This document shows, in pieces, positions 47,409 to 57,416 of a stretch of DNA of 64,000 nt (the first letter of the stretch is position 1; each line of letters begins with the position of its first letter). The position numbers were made by a program, and so were the translations under genes. The notes beneath the pieces were generated by a model. The model was not told the DNA's origin. It made no database searches and saw only the letters and a program-made list of their open reading frames with translations. This DNA comes from Thermoplasmata archaeon (GTDB taxonomy: Archaea > Thermoplasmatota > E2 > DHVEG-1): NCBI GenBank assembly GCA_020054495.1, contig JAHWGK010000003.1, positions 13,312-77,311 on the forward strand, written 5' to 3'.

Positions 47409-48905
47409 ATGAAAGAATCTCTCGATTTTATCTATAAAGAACAAAAAGAACTTTCAACATTTTCTAGAATAGCAGCACTCTTGGGCTGGGATCAAATGAC
47501 ATATATGCCAAAAATGGGTGCTTTGGAAAGATCTGAGCAAAGTGCACTGATATCAAAACTTGCTCATGAAAAAGTAATATCTGATGAATTCTGGAACCAT
47601 ATTCAAATCCTGTCTAATAACAAGGATAACTTATCTGAAAAAGATAAAGCAGTTATTGTTAGACTCGAAAAAGATGTTGAAAAATCACGAAAAATCCCTT
47701 CTGATTTTGTTGAAAAAATGTCAAAAACAACAACTCTTGCTTATCAAGCATGGGAAGAAGCTCGAGGCAAAAACAGTTTTAAAATATTTTCACCCCATCT
47801 TGAAAAAATTGTTGAACTTGAAAAGGAATATTGTGGTTATATCAACCTTCCAGGACCTCAATATAATACTCTCTTAGATGATTATGAAGAAGGGATGACT
47901 GTTGATATTTTGAAAAAAGAATTTTCTTATCTAAAAACAAACTTAGTTGAGATGCTTGAAAAAATAAAGTCAAGTCATATTTATAAAACCCAGAAAAAAA
48001 TTGATATTAAAATTAACCAAGAAAATCAAAAAAAATTATGTCAAATAGTTTTTGAAAAAATGTTTCTTACAAATGATAAGGCTAGAATTGATATATCAAC
48101 CCATCCGTTTACTACATCAATGGGAAGTGATGATGTAAGAATTACAACTAATTATGGAAGAGAAAATCCTTTGTTTTCGTTTTTTTCTACAGTCCATGAA
48201 GCAGGACATGCTCTTTATGAGCTGGAAATGCCAAGAAATGAATTTAAAGATACAGTTATATCAGATTCTCCTTCACTCGGGCTTCATGAATCTCAATCAC
48301 GGTTCTGGGAAAATATGGTTGCAAGAAGTATATCATTTTGGAAGCATTTTTATCCTATCTTTCAAGAAGTCTCTGGCTTTAGAGAGTTAGATCTTGATAA
48401 ATGGTGCAAACTAGTAAATCAAGTTAAACCGTCATTAATTAGAGTTGAGGCTGATGAGTTGACATATTGTCTTCATGTTATTTTGCGATTTGAACTTGAA
48501 GTTGATTTAATGGATGATAAACTACAAATTTCTGAGCTCCCAGAAATTTGGAATGAAAAGATGGATGAAATGTTGGGAGTCGTTCCCCAAAAAGATGTTG
48601 AAGGCGTTTTGCAAGATATGCATTGGAGCGGTGGAAGTATTGGCTATTTCCCAACCTATGCAATTGGAACTATATATTCATCACAAATTTACAAGAAAAT
48701 TTCTGAAATAAATACAAATATGCAAAGTGAAATAGAACAAGGTAAATTTGAAAATGTTTTGAATTGGCTCAGAGAAAACATCCATAAATATGGGCGAATA
48801 CTGAGTGCTGATGAAATTATCAAAAAAGCATGCGGTGAAGGTTTGAATTCTAAAGTGTTTGTAAATTATCTAAAAGATAAATACTACAATTTATATGACA
48901 TTTAG
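47409..48905 (+). CDS. M32 carboxypeptidase (Taq-type)
   Basis: HEAGHALYE (HExxH), HESQSRFWEN, and IRVEADELTY. Confidence 0.9.
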   Translation: MKESLDFIYKEQKELSTFSRIAALLGWDQMTYMPKMGALERSEQSALISKLAHEKVISDEFWNHIQILSNNKDNLSEKDKAVIVRLEKDVEKSRKIPSDFVEKMSKTTTLAYQAWEEARGKNSFKIFSPHLEKIVELEKEYCGYINLPGPQYNTLLDDYEEGMTVDILKKEFSYLKTNLVEMLEKIKSSHIYKTQKKIDIKINQENQKKLCQIVFEKMFLTNDKARIDISTHPFTTSMGSDDVRITTNYGRENPLFSFFSTVHEAGHALYELEMPRNEFKDTVISDSPSLGLHESQSRFWENMVARSISFWKHFYPIFQEVSGFRELDLDKWCKLVNQVKPSLIRVEADELTYCLHVILRFELEVDLMDDKLQISELPEIWNEKMDEMLGVVPQKDVEGVLQDMHWSGGSIGYFPTYAIGTIYSSQIYKKISEINTNMQSEIEQGKFENVLNWLRENIHKYGRILSADEIIKKACGEGLNSKVFVNYLKDKYYNLYDI

Positions 48906-49596
48906 TGGAGATGGTGTAGTGTCTCAATTAATATTAGTAAGACATGGGGAGTCACAATGGAATCTAGAGAACCGTTTTACAGGATGGATGGATGTCCCCC
49001 TATCAAAAAAAGGATTAGACGAAGCAATATCCGCAGGTAAAAAACTCAAAGATATTGAATTTGATAAGATGTATGTTTCACATATGCTAAGGGCTATTCA
49101 AACTCTTCATTATATTTTAATTGAGTCAAATAGCAAAAGAACACCCATCATTTATCATGAAGAAAAAAGAATCAATGACCGGGAGCATCATACCGGTGAT
49201 CCTAACAGTGAAATCCCGATCTATATGTCTGTTGATTTAGCAGAGAGGTACTATGGAAACCTTCAAGGTCTAAATAAACAAAAAACTAGAGAAAAATACG
49301 GTGACAAACAAGTTCATCTATGGAGACGTGATTTTACTGTAAAACCGCCAGATGGTGAAAGCCTAAAGAATACTTGTGAACGTACAACCCCTTACTATAA
49401 AAAATATATTTTTAGAGATTTGCAAGAGGATAAAACTGTCCTAGTTTCTGCACATGGCAATAGTCTAAGAGCTATTACCATGTATGTTGAAAACATATCT
49501 GAACAAGAAATACCCAATGTTGAGATCCCAACTGGGATTCCTATTGTTTATACATTTGATGAAAATATGAAATTATTAGATAAGAAATTCTTGTAA
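48895..49596 (+). CDS. gpmA: 2,3-bisphosphoglycerate-dependent phosphoglycerate mutase
   Basis: LILVRHGESQWNLENRFTGW, ERYYG, and SAHGNSLRA. Confidence 0.85.
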   Translation: MTFSGDGVVSQLILVRHGESQWNLENRFTGWMDVPLSKKGLDEAISAGKKLKDIEFDKMYVSHMLRAIQTLHYILIESNSKRTPIIYHEEKRINDREHHTGDPNSEIPIYMSVDLAERYYGNLQGLNKQKTREKYGDKQVHLWRRDFTVKPPDGESLKNTCERTTPYYKKYIFRDLQEDKTVLVSAHGNSLRAITMYVENISEQEIPNVEIPTGIPIVYTFDENMKLLDKKFL

Positions 49597-49651
49597 CCCT
49601 TAAAAATAAATACTACTTTTATATTGATTTACTTATTAAATGGGGTTTTTA

Positions 49652-50722
49652 ATGGCTGATAAAACTGTTCAATGTCCAAAATGTAGTCAGAAAATTACTA
49701 TTTCTGGTAATCCTGGTGAGATTATAAAAGCAACATGTCCTTCATGCGGGAATAAAGGAAGGGTTACCTTCAAAAAAATTGTTAAGAAGGATGATATAGC
49801 AATTGAGGTATCTAAACTTAGAAAAGTTTATGGCGATCTTGTTGCAGTAAATGATATCACGTTTTCAATTAGACGTGGGGAAGTGTTTGCATTTTTAGGC
49901 CCTAATGGGGCTGGTAAAACAACGACTGTTGAAATGATCGAATCTATTCGTCAACCTATGGGTGGAACAATCAAAATACTTGGAAAAGATATTAGTACAT
50001 CATTTGACGATGTAAAAGAAAAAATAGGAATTCTTCCACAGGAGTTTCGCTCATTTGAAAGACTAACAGTAAAAGAAACTTTAGAATTTTTTTCTAAACT
50101 ATATAAGAAACGAGCTAGTATCAATGTTATTATTGATGCTATGGATTTAAGGGATCAGAAAAATAAATTGTACATGGATTTATCTGGTGGTCTTAAACAA
50201 CGTGTTGGTGTTGCTATTGCTCTTGTTAATGATCCTGAGATTGTTTTCCTTGATGAACCAACTACAGGTCTTGATCCAAAGGCGAGAAGAGAGGTTTGGG
50301 CGGTAATTGCCAGTTTACGCGACGAGGGGAAAACAGTATTTTTAACAACTCATTATATGGAGGAAGCTGAGTTTCTTGCCGATCATATTGCTATCATTCA
50401 TAAGGGTAACATCATAGCGGAGGGCTCACTTGAAGAATTAATTAATAAGTATGGACAAGGAAGCATTCTTCACATTAAGAAATGTAAGACTAAAGATGCA
50501 GCCAGAATTTTAAAAGAAAATGGGTTTAATGTTAACACTAAAAATAATGGAGATATTGAGATCAAAATTGATTTTAAAGAACGAGTTCTTGAGATTCTGT
50601 CAATTCTTAGACATGAATGTATTGACTATGATAGCATTGACATCAGGTGCTCTAATCTCGAAGAAGTTTTTTTACATCTAACTGGCGCTAGACTTTCGGA
50701 GGAGGCATATGATGCTAGATAA
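49652..50722 (+). CDS. ABC transporter ATP-binding protein with an N-terminal zinc-ribbon extension
   Basis: CPKC...CPSC ribbon in the first ~40 aa, then GPNGAGKTT, LSGGLKQR and FLDEPTTGLD. Confidence 0.85.
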   Translation: MADKTVQCPKCSQKITISGNPGEIIKATCPSCGNKGRVTFKKIVKKDDIAIEVSKLRKVYGDLVAVNDITFSIRRGEVFAFLGPNGAGKTTTVEMIESIRQPMGGTIKILGKDISTSFDDVKEKIGILPQEFRSFERLTVKETLEFFSKLYKKRASINVIIDAMDLRDQKNKLYMDLSGGLKQRVGVAIALVNDPEIVFLDEPTTGLDPKARREVWAVIASLRDEGKTVFLTTHYMEEAEFLADHIAIIHKGNIIAEGSLEELINKYGQGSILHIKKCKTKDAARILKENGFNVNTKNNGDIEIKIDFKERVLEILSILRHECIDYDSIDIRCSNLEEVFLHLTGARLSEEAYDAR

Positions 50723-51827
50723 AATCCTTGCAAGTTTCATCAGTGATTTAAAAACGTTTTATCGGAGTAAGGGTACACTTTTTTGGACTCTTGCTTTTCC
50801 TGTAATGCTAATTTTGATTTTTGGTGCTATATTTTCGGGGGTTGGAGATATTGAATATGAACTACATGTTCAAAATTTAGATGATTCTGAGCAGTCGCTG
50901 TCTCATCAATTTATACAAGCTTTAGAAAATACTGGTGTAATTAAAATTGTAAACGTTTCAAAAGATGCAGATATTGATTCCTATATGGATGAAAATGATA
51001 TAAAACGTTTACTTGTAATTCCAGGGAATTATAGTGAGACTATTATTGCTTCACAATATCCTAATGTAACTGTTAGTGTAAATCTATCATTTCACTATGA
51101 TCAAAGTGAACAACAGACTAATCAAGTTGTGAAAAATATTATCTCTAATGTTGTCCGTTCTATGAATATGGGGATTTCTGGTGGAACGGAAATAATTGGA
51201 ATCGAAGATATTGAAACAATCAGTGGAGAGTTTAGTTTTATTGATTTTTTCTTACCTGGAATGATTGGTTTTACAATTATGCAAACCTGTATTTATGGAA
51301 GTATTGAGAGAAATACAAGACTCAGGAAAGACGGGATTCTTCGAAAATTACTTACTACTCCAATTACTAGATCTGAATGGATTCTTTCAAAGATGTTATT
51401 TCAGCTATTCTTATCTTTTCTTTCAGCTTTCTTAATAATTATGGTAGGTATTTTAGTCTACGGACTTAGTATTCATATTAATCTTTTAGTGATTATATTG
51501 ATTGTGGCAACTAGTTTCTTATTTACTGGTCTAGGAATGTTGATTGGAAGATTTGTTAGAGACGAGGAATCCGCTGGTATGGCTGGAGGAGCAATTACTT
51601 TTCCAATGATGTTTCTAGCTGGAACCTTTTTCCCGCTTGAGCAGATGCCTGAGTTCTTGCAAACATTTGCAAAAATTCTTCCACTTTATTATGTAAATGA
51701 AGGTCTTCGAAATGCTATGATTTACTTGAAAACCGATGATGCTTTATTTCATTCAATAGTTGTTTTAATATTTGCTAGTGTGTTTTTCATTGCAGGGCTT
51801 TTACTTACAAAATGGAAGGAAGATTAA
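50709..51827 (+). CDS. ABC-2 type transporter permease
   Basis: N-terminal TM helix, a large extracytoplasmic loop and five C-terminal TM helices. It overlaps the ATPase gene and has a GGAGG RBS. Confidence 0.8.
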   Translation: MMLDKILASFISDLKTFYRSKGTLFWTLAFPVMLILIFGAIFSGVGDIEYELHVQNLDDSEQSLSHQFIQALENTGVIKIVNVSKDADIDSYMDENDIKRLLVIPGNYSETIIASQYPNVTVSVNLSFHYDQSEQQTNQVVKNIISNVVRSMNMGISGGTEIIGIEDIETISGEFSFIDFFLPGMIGFTIMQTCIYGSIERNTRLRKDGILRKLLTTPITRSEWILSKMLFQLFLSFLSAFLIIMVGILVYGLSIHINLLVIILIVATSFLFTGLGMLIGRFVRDEESAGMAGGAITFPMMFLAGTFFPLEQMPEFLQTFAKILPLYYVNEGLRNAMIYLKTDDALFHSIVVLIFASVFFIAGLLLTKWKED

Positions 51828-51912
51828 ACATTAAATTTTTGAAAATACAATATTTTTGAAAAAATAGAAATTAATATATACTAATAAACGACAAATAATA
51901 ATGTAGTGATTC

Positions 51913-51927
51913 ATGTTATCAATTAAC
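51913..51927 (+). promoter_or_regulatory. Copy 1 of a shared 15-bp motif (within the palindrome CATGTTATCAATTAACATG)
   Basis: ATGTTATCAATTAAC matches 52435-52449 at 14 of 15 positions. It lies about 35 bp downstream of a TTAATATATA box and 25 bp before the small ORF at 51952. Confidence 0.4.
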
Positions 51928-51951
51928 ATGAAATAAAAAGAAGTGTGTAAA

Positions 51952-52071
51952 ATGTTGATTGTAGGGCAGGTATCAAGCGAAGAAGAAAGACGTGAGTTAC
52001 AATTAGTTGCTCAAGTTTTTACAGTAGAAAAAAGATTTAGGTATCTTGCCCGTATGCAGAGAAAAAAATAA
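51952..52071 (+). CDS. Possible 39-aa small protein
   Basis: Translates to MLIVGQVSSEEERRELQLVAQVFTVEKRFRYLARMQRKK. Weak RBS. The only support is the shared upstream motif. Confidence 0.25.
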   Translation: MLIVGQVSSEEERRELQLVAQVFTVEKRFRYLARMQRKK

Positions 52072-52076
52072 AAAGT

Positions 52077-52325
52077 TTAGTTCTCTCCAGTTAAACTCTT
52101 AGTTCCAATCAGTGTTTTCGTATCGACTATACCCTTTAAGGATCTTATTTTTTTTATAACTACTTCACCAATCTCATCAATGCCTTCGCATTCTATTTTT
52201 ACTAAGATGTCATACTCTCCAAACAAGGGATGAACCTCAGATACTTCAGGCATTTTGTTTAGAGCATCAAATACTTCTTTTTCATTTAATGGGCTTATTG
52301 ATAAAAGTGCAAATCCTATTGCCAT
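52077..52325 (-). CDS. Stand-alone Lrp/AsnC ligand-binding (RAM) domain protein
   Basis: 82 aa. ...V.EVHPLFGEYDILVKIE......IGEVV..KIRSL.GI.DTKTLI. No HTH is present. Confidence 0.75.
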   Translation of the reverse strand: MAIGFALLSISPLNEKEVFDALNKMPEVSEVHPLFGEYDILVKIECEGIDEIGEVVIKKIRSLKGIVDTKTLIGTKSLTGEN

Positions 52326-52434
52326 GAGATACTGAATGCTGGTCGTGTGTCTTATAATTTTCTTTTAATTTTATCTAACACTAACTTTTGAATCTAATTT
52401 GTTTTTAGCAAAAAATAAATATTAGTAATGCATT

Positions 52435-52449
52435 ATGTTAACAATTAAC
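52435..52449 (+). promoter_or_regulatory. Copy 2 of the shared 15-bp motif, upstream of the wHTH gene
   Basis: ATGTTAACAATTAAC (GTTAA-N3-TTAAC palindrome). It lies just upstream of GGAGG at 52452-52456 and the TTG start at 52464. Confidence 0.4.
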
Positions 52450-52463
52450 CCGGAGGGATTTTA

Positions 52464-52784
52464 TTGGAGGAAGAACCCAAGAATAGGTCAAGCATCACAA
52501 GTGTTGCAGAAAAAGAATTAAGTCTACTATGTAGACATGTAGATGTTTTAAAAACAGTGAAAGAACAGGGGCCTATTGGTATCATAAGACTATCTCAAAT
52601 AACAGGACAGCCACAGCATATGATACGATATTCCTTAAGAACATTGGAAAAAGATGGCGTTATAACACCATCTTCTAATGGTGCTGTAGTTACTGATAAG
52701 GTATATGAAACATTAGGTACTCTAGAAGCAGCATTAGATGATTTAACTACTACTATGCAAGACCTTAAAAAGAAATTAAAATAA
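52464..52784 (+). CDS. Winged-helix transcriptional regulator (small, archaeal type)
   Basis: GPIGIIRLSQITGQPQHMIRYSLRTLEKDGVITPS is wHTH-like. The TTG start sits 7 nt after GGAGG. Confidence 0.55.
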   Translation: MEEEPKNRSSITSVAEKELSLLCRHVDVLKTVKEQGPIGIIRLSQITGQPQHMIRYSLRTLEKDGVITPSSNGAVVTDKVYETLGTLEAALDDLTTTMQDLKKKLK

Positions 52785-52916
52785 AATTAAATAATTTACA
52801 AAATAACGATTGACAAATTTACTTTTTATTTGTTATTTGGTAATAAATTGGAAATAAAGGTTATAAACCAGTTCTTTATAATCCAATACTAAATATCTGA
52901 TAAAGAGGTGATAGCA

Positions 52917-53780
52917 ATGATGAAGAGAGTAATAATACTAGGATTGATTGCATGCAGTTTATTGGGTGCTTCGACTTTTTCTGTAACTGCGGTAGATCAA
53001 ATATCACATGTAGATAGTGAAAACGATTTGATGGATTATAATTTCCAGAGTGTTGATGATAATATTCCGGATATCGATATAAAAGAAGTTTCATGTGAAA
53101 AAAATGGAAAAGAAATTACATTGAGCTTAAAACTTGTTGACGAAGGCCAAATACAAGAAACAGATGAATATGCCTATATGATAGCTCTTACAACAGATAT
53201 TGAAGAATATACTGCTCTTTATTCTCAGGGGGAATGTGAAGTCTCAGATTCGTCATTTAATATATTAGAAGATCCTGAGTATTCGATTGTTGATGGCAAT
53301 GAATTTCAGGTTACATTTGATTTATCAAGTAGTGATGAAGACTGTGTAAGCATACTTGGGACGACCATATCTCCAGAATTTTTTATCGACATATGTCCTA
53401 ATGAAGAATTTTTAAATGTAGATACTGGCGGTCCTTATACAGGGAAACCAGGTGAGCCTATTCAATTTTCAGGTAGTATAGAAGACTCTAGCTCTGATTA
53501 TGAATGGTATTGGGATTTTGGTGATGGAGAAATATCAGAGGAAGAAAATCCAACCCACACTTATGATGAACCTGGAACATATGATGTTTCTGCTTATGTG
53601 TCAGATGGAGTTAATGAAGGAGTCGGTTCCACAACGGCTACAATAACTGCCAATGGCGGTACTAATAGTGGAGATGATAAGACTGATGATTCTGGGTCTG
53701 ATTTAATCATGTTTATTGCGCTCATCGCAATAATAGCTGTAGCAGGCATTGCAGTTTTAATTTATGTTATTCGAAGATAA
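52917..53780 (+). CDS. Secreted PKD-domain protein with a C-terminal TM anchor
   Basis: GAGGTG RBS and a signal peptide. PKD motif WDFGDGE...NPTHTYDEPGTYDVSAYVSDG. C-terminal helix LIMFIALIAIIAVAGIAVLIYVIRR. Confidence 0.75.
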   Translation: MMKRVIILGLIACSLLGASTFSVTAVDQISHVDSENDLMDYNFQSVDDNIPDIDIKEVSCEKNGKEITLSLKLVDEGQIQETDEYAYMIALTTDIEEYTALYSQGECEVSDSSFNILEDPEYSIVDGNEFQVTFDLSSSDEDCVSILGTTISPEFFIDICPNEEFLNVDTGGPYTGKPGEPIQFSGSIEDSSSDYEWYWDFGDGEISEEENPTHTYDEPGTYDVSAYVSDGVNEGVGSTTATITANGGTNSGDDKTDDSGSDLIMFIALIAIIAVAGIAVLIYVIRR

Positions 53781-53880
53781 GATTCTCAATCTCTCCATTT
53801 TTTTATTTTTTATATTCAATTTATTCTAGTTAGTTATCTTTTTATTTAGATAGCATATGACTATTCTCAGAGGCTATCAC

Positions 53881-55242
53881 ATGGTGAAGAAGGATAATAA
53901 GAAAGACAAAGAGAGCAAATATGCTTATAAGAAGAAATCCGCATGGGAGATTCTTGCAAAAGATCAGATTAAAAAAGCATTTGATTTCTGTGAGGGTTAT
54001 AAAAAATTCCTAGATGCTGCTAAAACAGAAAGGGAAGCTATACAACAAATAAATGAAATTGCAAAAAAAGGTAAGAAAAAAATCAAAGTAAACAAGGAAA
54101 AAGAAGCTGCAATAATTATCCCTGGTAAGAAAAAAATTAGTGAAGGCCTTCGTATTATAATATCTCACATAGATGCACCTAGACTTGATTTAAAACAAAT
54201 CCCTTTATATGAAGATTCATCAAGCAATGTGGCTCTCCTTGAAACTCATTATTATGGTGGAATTAAAAAATTCCATTGGGTTACAATACCACTTGCATTA
54301 CATGGTGTTGTTGTAAAAAAAGATGGTAAAAAAGTTACGTTTACTCTTGGCGAAAATGAATCTGATCCTATATTTGCTGTGCCTGATTTATTACCTCATC
54401 TTTCTTATAAGGTTCAAGCCATCAAAAAACTTGAGGATGCAATAACTGGTGAAAGCCTTGATGTTATGGTAGGCAGTCAGCCTGTAAAAGGCGAATTTAG
54501 CGACAAAATCAAAACAGCAATTCTTGATGAATTACATAAAAACTATGGAATAACCGAAGAAGATTTCATCTCAGCCGAACTTGAGGTAGTTCCAGCATAT
54601 AAAGCAAGGGATATGGGTTTTGATAGATCACTTATTGGTGCGTATGGACAGGATGATAGAGCCTGTGCATATACCTCGCTCAAAGCAATTATGGATTTGA
54701 AAAACCCAGATCATACTGCAATATCATTGTATGTCGATAAAGAAGAAGTAGGAAGCGAAGGAAATACTACTGCTCAGGTTACGACGTTTTTGCGATCGAT
54801 TATAAAAGAGCTCGACCCGAAAGCCGATGTAGATAGCGTAATGCTAAAATCAAAGGTTGTTTCAGCAGATGTAAACTCTGCTGTGACACCAAATTATACT
54901 GATGTTTTTGAACTAAAAAACGCATCGACCCTTGGAAATGGCATAGTTATGTCTAAATTCTCAGGCCATGGTGGTAAATACTCTGCAAATGATGCCTCGG
55001 CAGAATATGTTTCTGAGATTAGAACCATGCTTAACAAAGAAAAAATACCTTGGCAAACTGCGGAACTTGGAAAAGTTGATACTGGTGGTGGAGGAACCGT
55101 TGCAAAATACTTCTCAAGACTTGGTATGGAAGTAATTGACCTTGGGCCAGCTGTAATGAGTATGCATTCTCCATTTGAGGTTACAAGTAAGGTAGATATC
55201 TACTCCTCGTATCTTGCGTACAAGACGTTTCTTAAAAATTAG
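53881..55242 (+). CDS. M18-family aminopeptidase
   Basis: SHIDAPRLDLK, HYYGGIKK.HW, GAYGQDDRACAY, DKEEVGSEG and SMHSPFE. Confidence 0.8.
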   Translation: MVKKDNKKDKESKYAYKKKSAWEILAKDQIKKAFDFCEGYKKFLDAAKTEREAIQQINEIAKKGKKKIKVNKEKEAAIIIPGKKKISEGLRIIISHIDAPRLDLKQIPLYEDSSSNVALLETHYYGGIKKFHWVTIPLALHGVVVKKDGKKVTFTLGENESDPIFAVPDLLPHLSYKVQAIKKLEDAITGESLDVMVGSQPVKGEFSDKIKTAILDELHKNYGITEEDFISAELEVVPAYKARDMGFDRSLIGAYGQDDRACAYTSLKAIMDLKNPDHTAISLYVDKEEVGSEGNTTAQVTTFLRSIIKELDPKADVDSVMLKSKVVSADVNSAVTPNYTDVFELKNASTLGNGIVMSKFSGHGGKYSANDASAEYVSEIRTMLNKEKIPWQTAELGKVDTGGGGTVAKYFSRLGMEVIDLGPAVMSMHSPFEVTSKVDIYSSYLAYKTFLKN

Positions 55243-56872
55243 AGAATCTCTCTTTTATTTCTTCAAATTTCTCTCTAAAATTGCCATTTCTGCAATACTC
55301 AGAGGAGCATTGTTTACCGATTTTTCTACCAACTGGAAAACCTGCTAGGCGCATCATAGGTCTTGTTGATTTTTTACCGTGCTTCCATCGGGCATAGAAC
55401 CAATGAACAAAGAAAAACGCAGGGCCATAAATCTTTTTCATGTCTGGTGTCCAGAAATCAATGTTATTTCTCCAACACCTTGCAAGTACCTCCCATTGAA
55501 GTTCGGTGAGATTATTGAGATTTGTTTTTCGGCAATTACCTAGAATCGCTTCCTTTAGTGGAATAAATAGGACCGGTGTGTAAAACATCTTTGCATTATG
55601 ATTTTTCAAATCATCAATCAGATTCAACGTTGCAATAACATCCTCCTCTGTTTCCTCTGGTTGGCCTGTCATAATTGTGCAAAGGGGCCACCAATCAAAA
55701 TCATTTAACTTTCCAATTGCTTCTACAACTAGCTCAGGCCAATTGTCAATACTATATGGAAGAGCTTTTCCGTTCATGTATTTCTTCATGAGTCTTACAC
55801 TACCGGTTTCAATCCCAATCTCAATTGAGATAAATGGTTTCTTATAGGTGTTACTGGTCTTAGGATTCCATTTTGTTTTTTCAATTAATATCGGTGTTAA
55901 TTCTTCGAGAAGTTTATTATCATAAAGTACGGGTGCAAAAGAAGCATGAGACAATAGAATATATTCAACACCTGGATATGAGGCGATTGTCTTGTAAAGT
56001 TTCACTATCTCTTTTCTATTTGGAACAAAATTCTTTTTTGATTTGTAGAGAAAGATATCTTCAGTTACAGTAAATATTGATTTTGAACCTCCTCTGATAT
56101 TAATTTTAACTTCTTTCATTATATGGTCGATTGGAAATGAGTATTTCGTCCGCATTGTTGGACTACAAAAATGGCACCCTCTCCCGCATCCTCTCATTAT
56201 TTCAACCATTCCATAGGATGCAGAATGTTTAATTATAGGTACTTTCTCTCTATCAGGTCTTTGCGCTTCATAATATTTTGGAACTTCTTCTCCCTTCATT
56301 AACCTTTTAAAAACCTCTATCAGATTTTTTTCCCCTTCGCCTTGGAATAGCACGTCGATTCCTAGCTTTTCTTGAGCTTTTACTTCACTTATCTGCCAGG
56401 AGCCTTGTCCACCAACAATTATCTTGGGTCTGTATTTTTGAATTGATGGATGTGTTACGAGTTTTTCAAATTCAGATGCATTAAGTGCTTCTCCACCAAA
56501 TCCGATAAGTGAGTTATATGTGGTAGAAACATAAGCAAGTCCCATTGGATCCATAGTTGAGATTCCAACTACCTTTGTTTTTTTACCTATAAATCTATGT
56601 AGGTTGTCATAATGTGATACTAATACATTTTTTTCACCAAACTCATCGATAAGCATGGATTCAACTTTTCGAAGACCATAAATTGTTCTCTTTGCAGAGC
56701 CGTCATTGTTACTCTCTAAATTTGATAAATGTTCTTTAAGGACATATCCTGATAGTTTCTTTGGAAATGTACAAATAAAAGCAGAAAATGGATTGTTATT
56801 ATACTCATTTGCTTCAGCACGAGACGCAGCAAGAACTATTGGTACACCATCGATATCTTCACCATTATCCAT
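55232..56872 (-). CDS. B12-binding-domain radical SAM protein
   Basis: MRGCGRGCHFCSP (Cx3Cx2C) preceded by a Rossmann-like cobalamin-type domain (VVGISTMDP...IIVGGQG). Confidence 0.75.
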   Translation of the reverse strand: MDNGEDIDGVPIVLAASRAEANEYNNNPFSAFICTFPKKLSGYVLKEHLSNLESNNDGSAKRTIYGLRKVESMLIDEFGEKNVLVSHYDNLHRFIGKKTKVVGISTMDPMGLAYVSTTYNSLIGFGGEALNASEFEKLVTHPSIQKYRPKIIVGGQGSWQISEVKAQEKLGIDVLFQGEGEKNLIEVFKRLMKGEEVPKYYEAQRPDREKVPIIKHSASYGMVEIMRGCGRGCHFCSPTMRTKYSFPIDHIMKEVKINIRGGSKSIFTVTEDIFLYKSKKNFVPNRKEIVKLYKTIASYPGVEYILLSHASFAPVLYDNKLLEELTPILIEKTKWNPKTSNTYKKPFISIEIGIETGSVRLMKKYMNGKALPYSIDNWPELVVEAIGKLNDFDWWPLCTIMTGQPEETEEDVIATLNLIDDLKNHNAKMFYTPVLFIPLKEAILGNCRKTNLNNLTELQWEVLARCWRNNIDFWTPDMKKIYGPAFFFVHWFYARWKHGKKSTRPMMRLAGFPVGRKIGKQCSSEYCRNGNFREKFEEIKERFSNF

Positions 56873-56889
56873 TATTCAATCGCCTTTTG

Positions 56890-57240
56890 TTATCTTACTA
56901 ACATTTTTTTGAAAACGGGGTCTTTAATAGTGTCTTGAATTTTGAAAAGGAAATCTCTCCATGACAGCGTATCTCGTGACCATTTTATCATCTCTTTTTT
57001 ATGAAGAGAAAGAATTTTCAAAAAACTCTGCCAATTGTAACCTTCCGCTTTTAAGGGTTTTGACCACCCTCCGTTCTTCCATAAATAACTTGGCAATCTA
57101 TTGCCAAACCATAAGGTTAAGGAGTCTATTTTTAGTCCTATTTCTTTTTTCTGTTCCATAAATTGCTTTTTTAACATCTTTGGTTCTGGAGGAATTGCAA
57201 GTATCATAAATATACCCCATATACTATGTATATGATACAT
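56890..57240 (-). CDS. Hypothetical protein (104-116 aa)
   Basis: W/K-rich with no recognised family. It lies 17 bp upstream of, and on the same strand as, the radical SAM gene. Confidence 0.35.
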   Translation of the reverse strand: MYHIHSIWGIFMILAIPPEPKMLKKQFMEQKKEIGLKIDSLTLWFGNRLPSYLWKNGGWSKPLKAEGYNWQSFLKILSLHKKEMIKWSRDTLSWRDFLFKIQDTIKDPVFKKMLVR

Positions 57241-57359
57241 AGCATCCGTTGCTCGTATTTAGCCTTTTATAAAAAATCCAAATTATCATGCAACAGTACC
57301 CGCAAAGCCCCTTTTTAGCTAAACATGCACCTATATATAAAGATAAATTAACAGAAATC

Positions 57360-57370
57360 TTTTTATATAA
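57360..57370 (+). promoter_or_regulatory. Candidate TATA box for tfb
   Basis: TTTTTATATAA, about 50 nt upstream of the ATG at 57417. Confidence 0.3.
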
Positions 57371-57416
57371 GTTCTTTATTGTCATTTAAAAGTGTATCGC
57401 AAAGTATAAAAAACAT

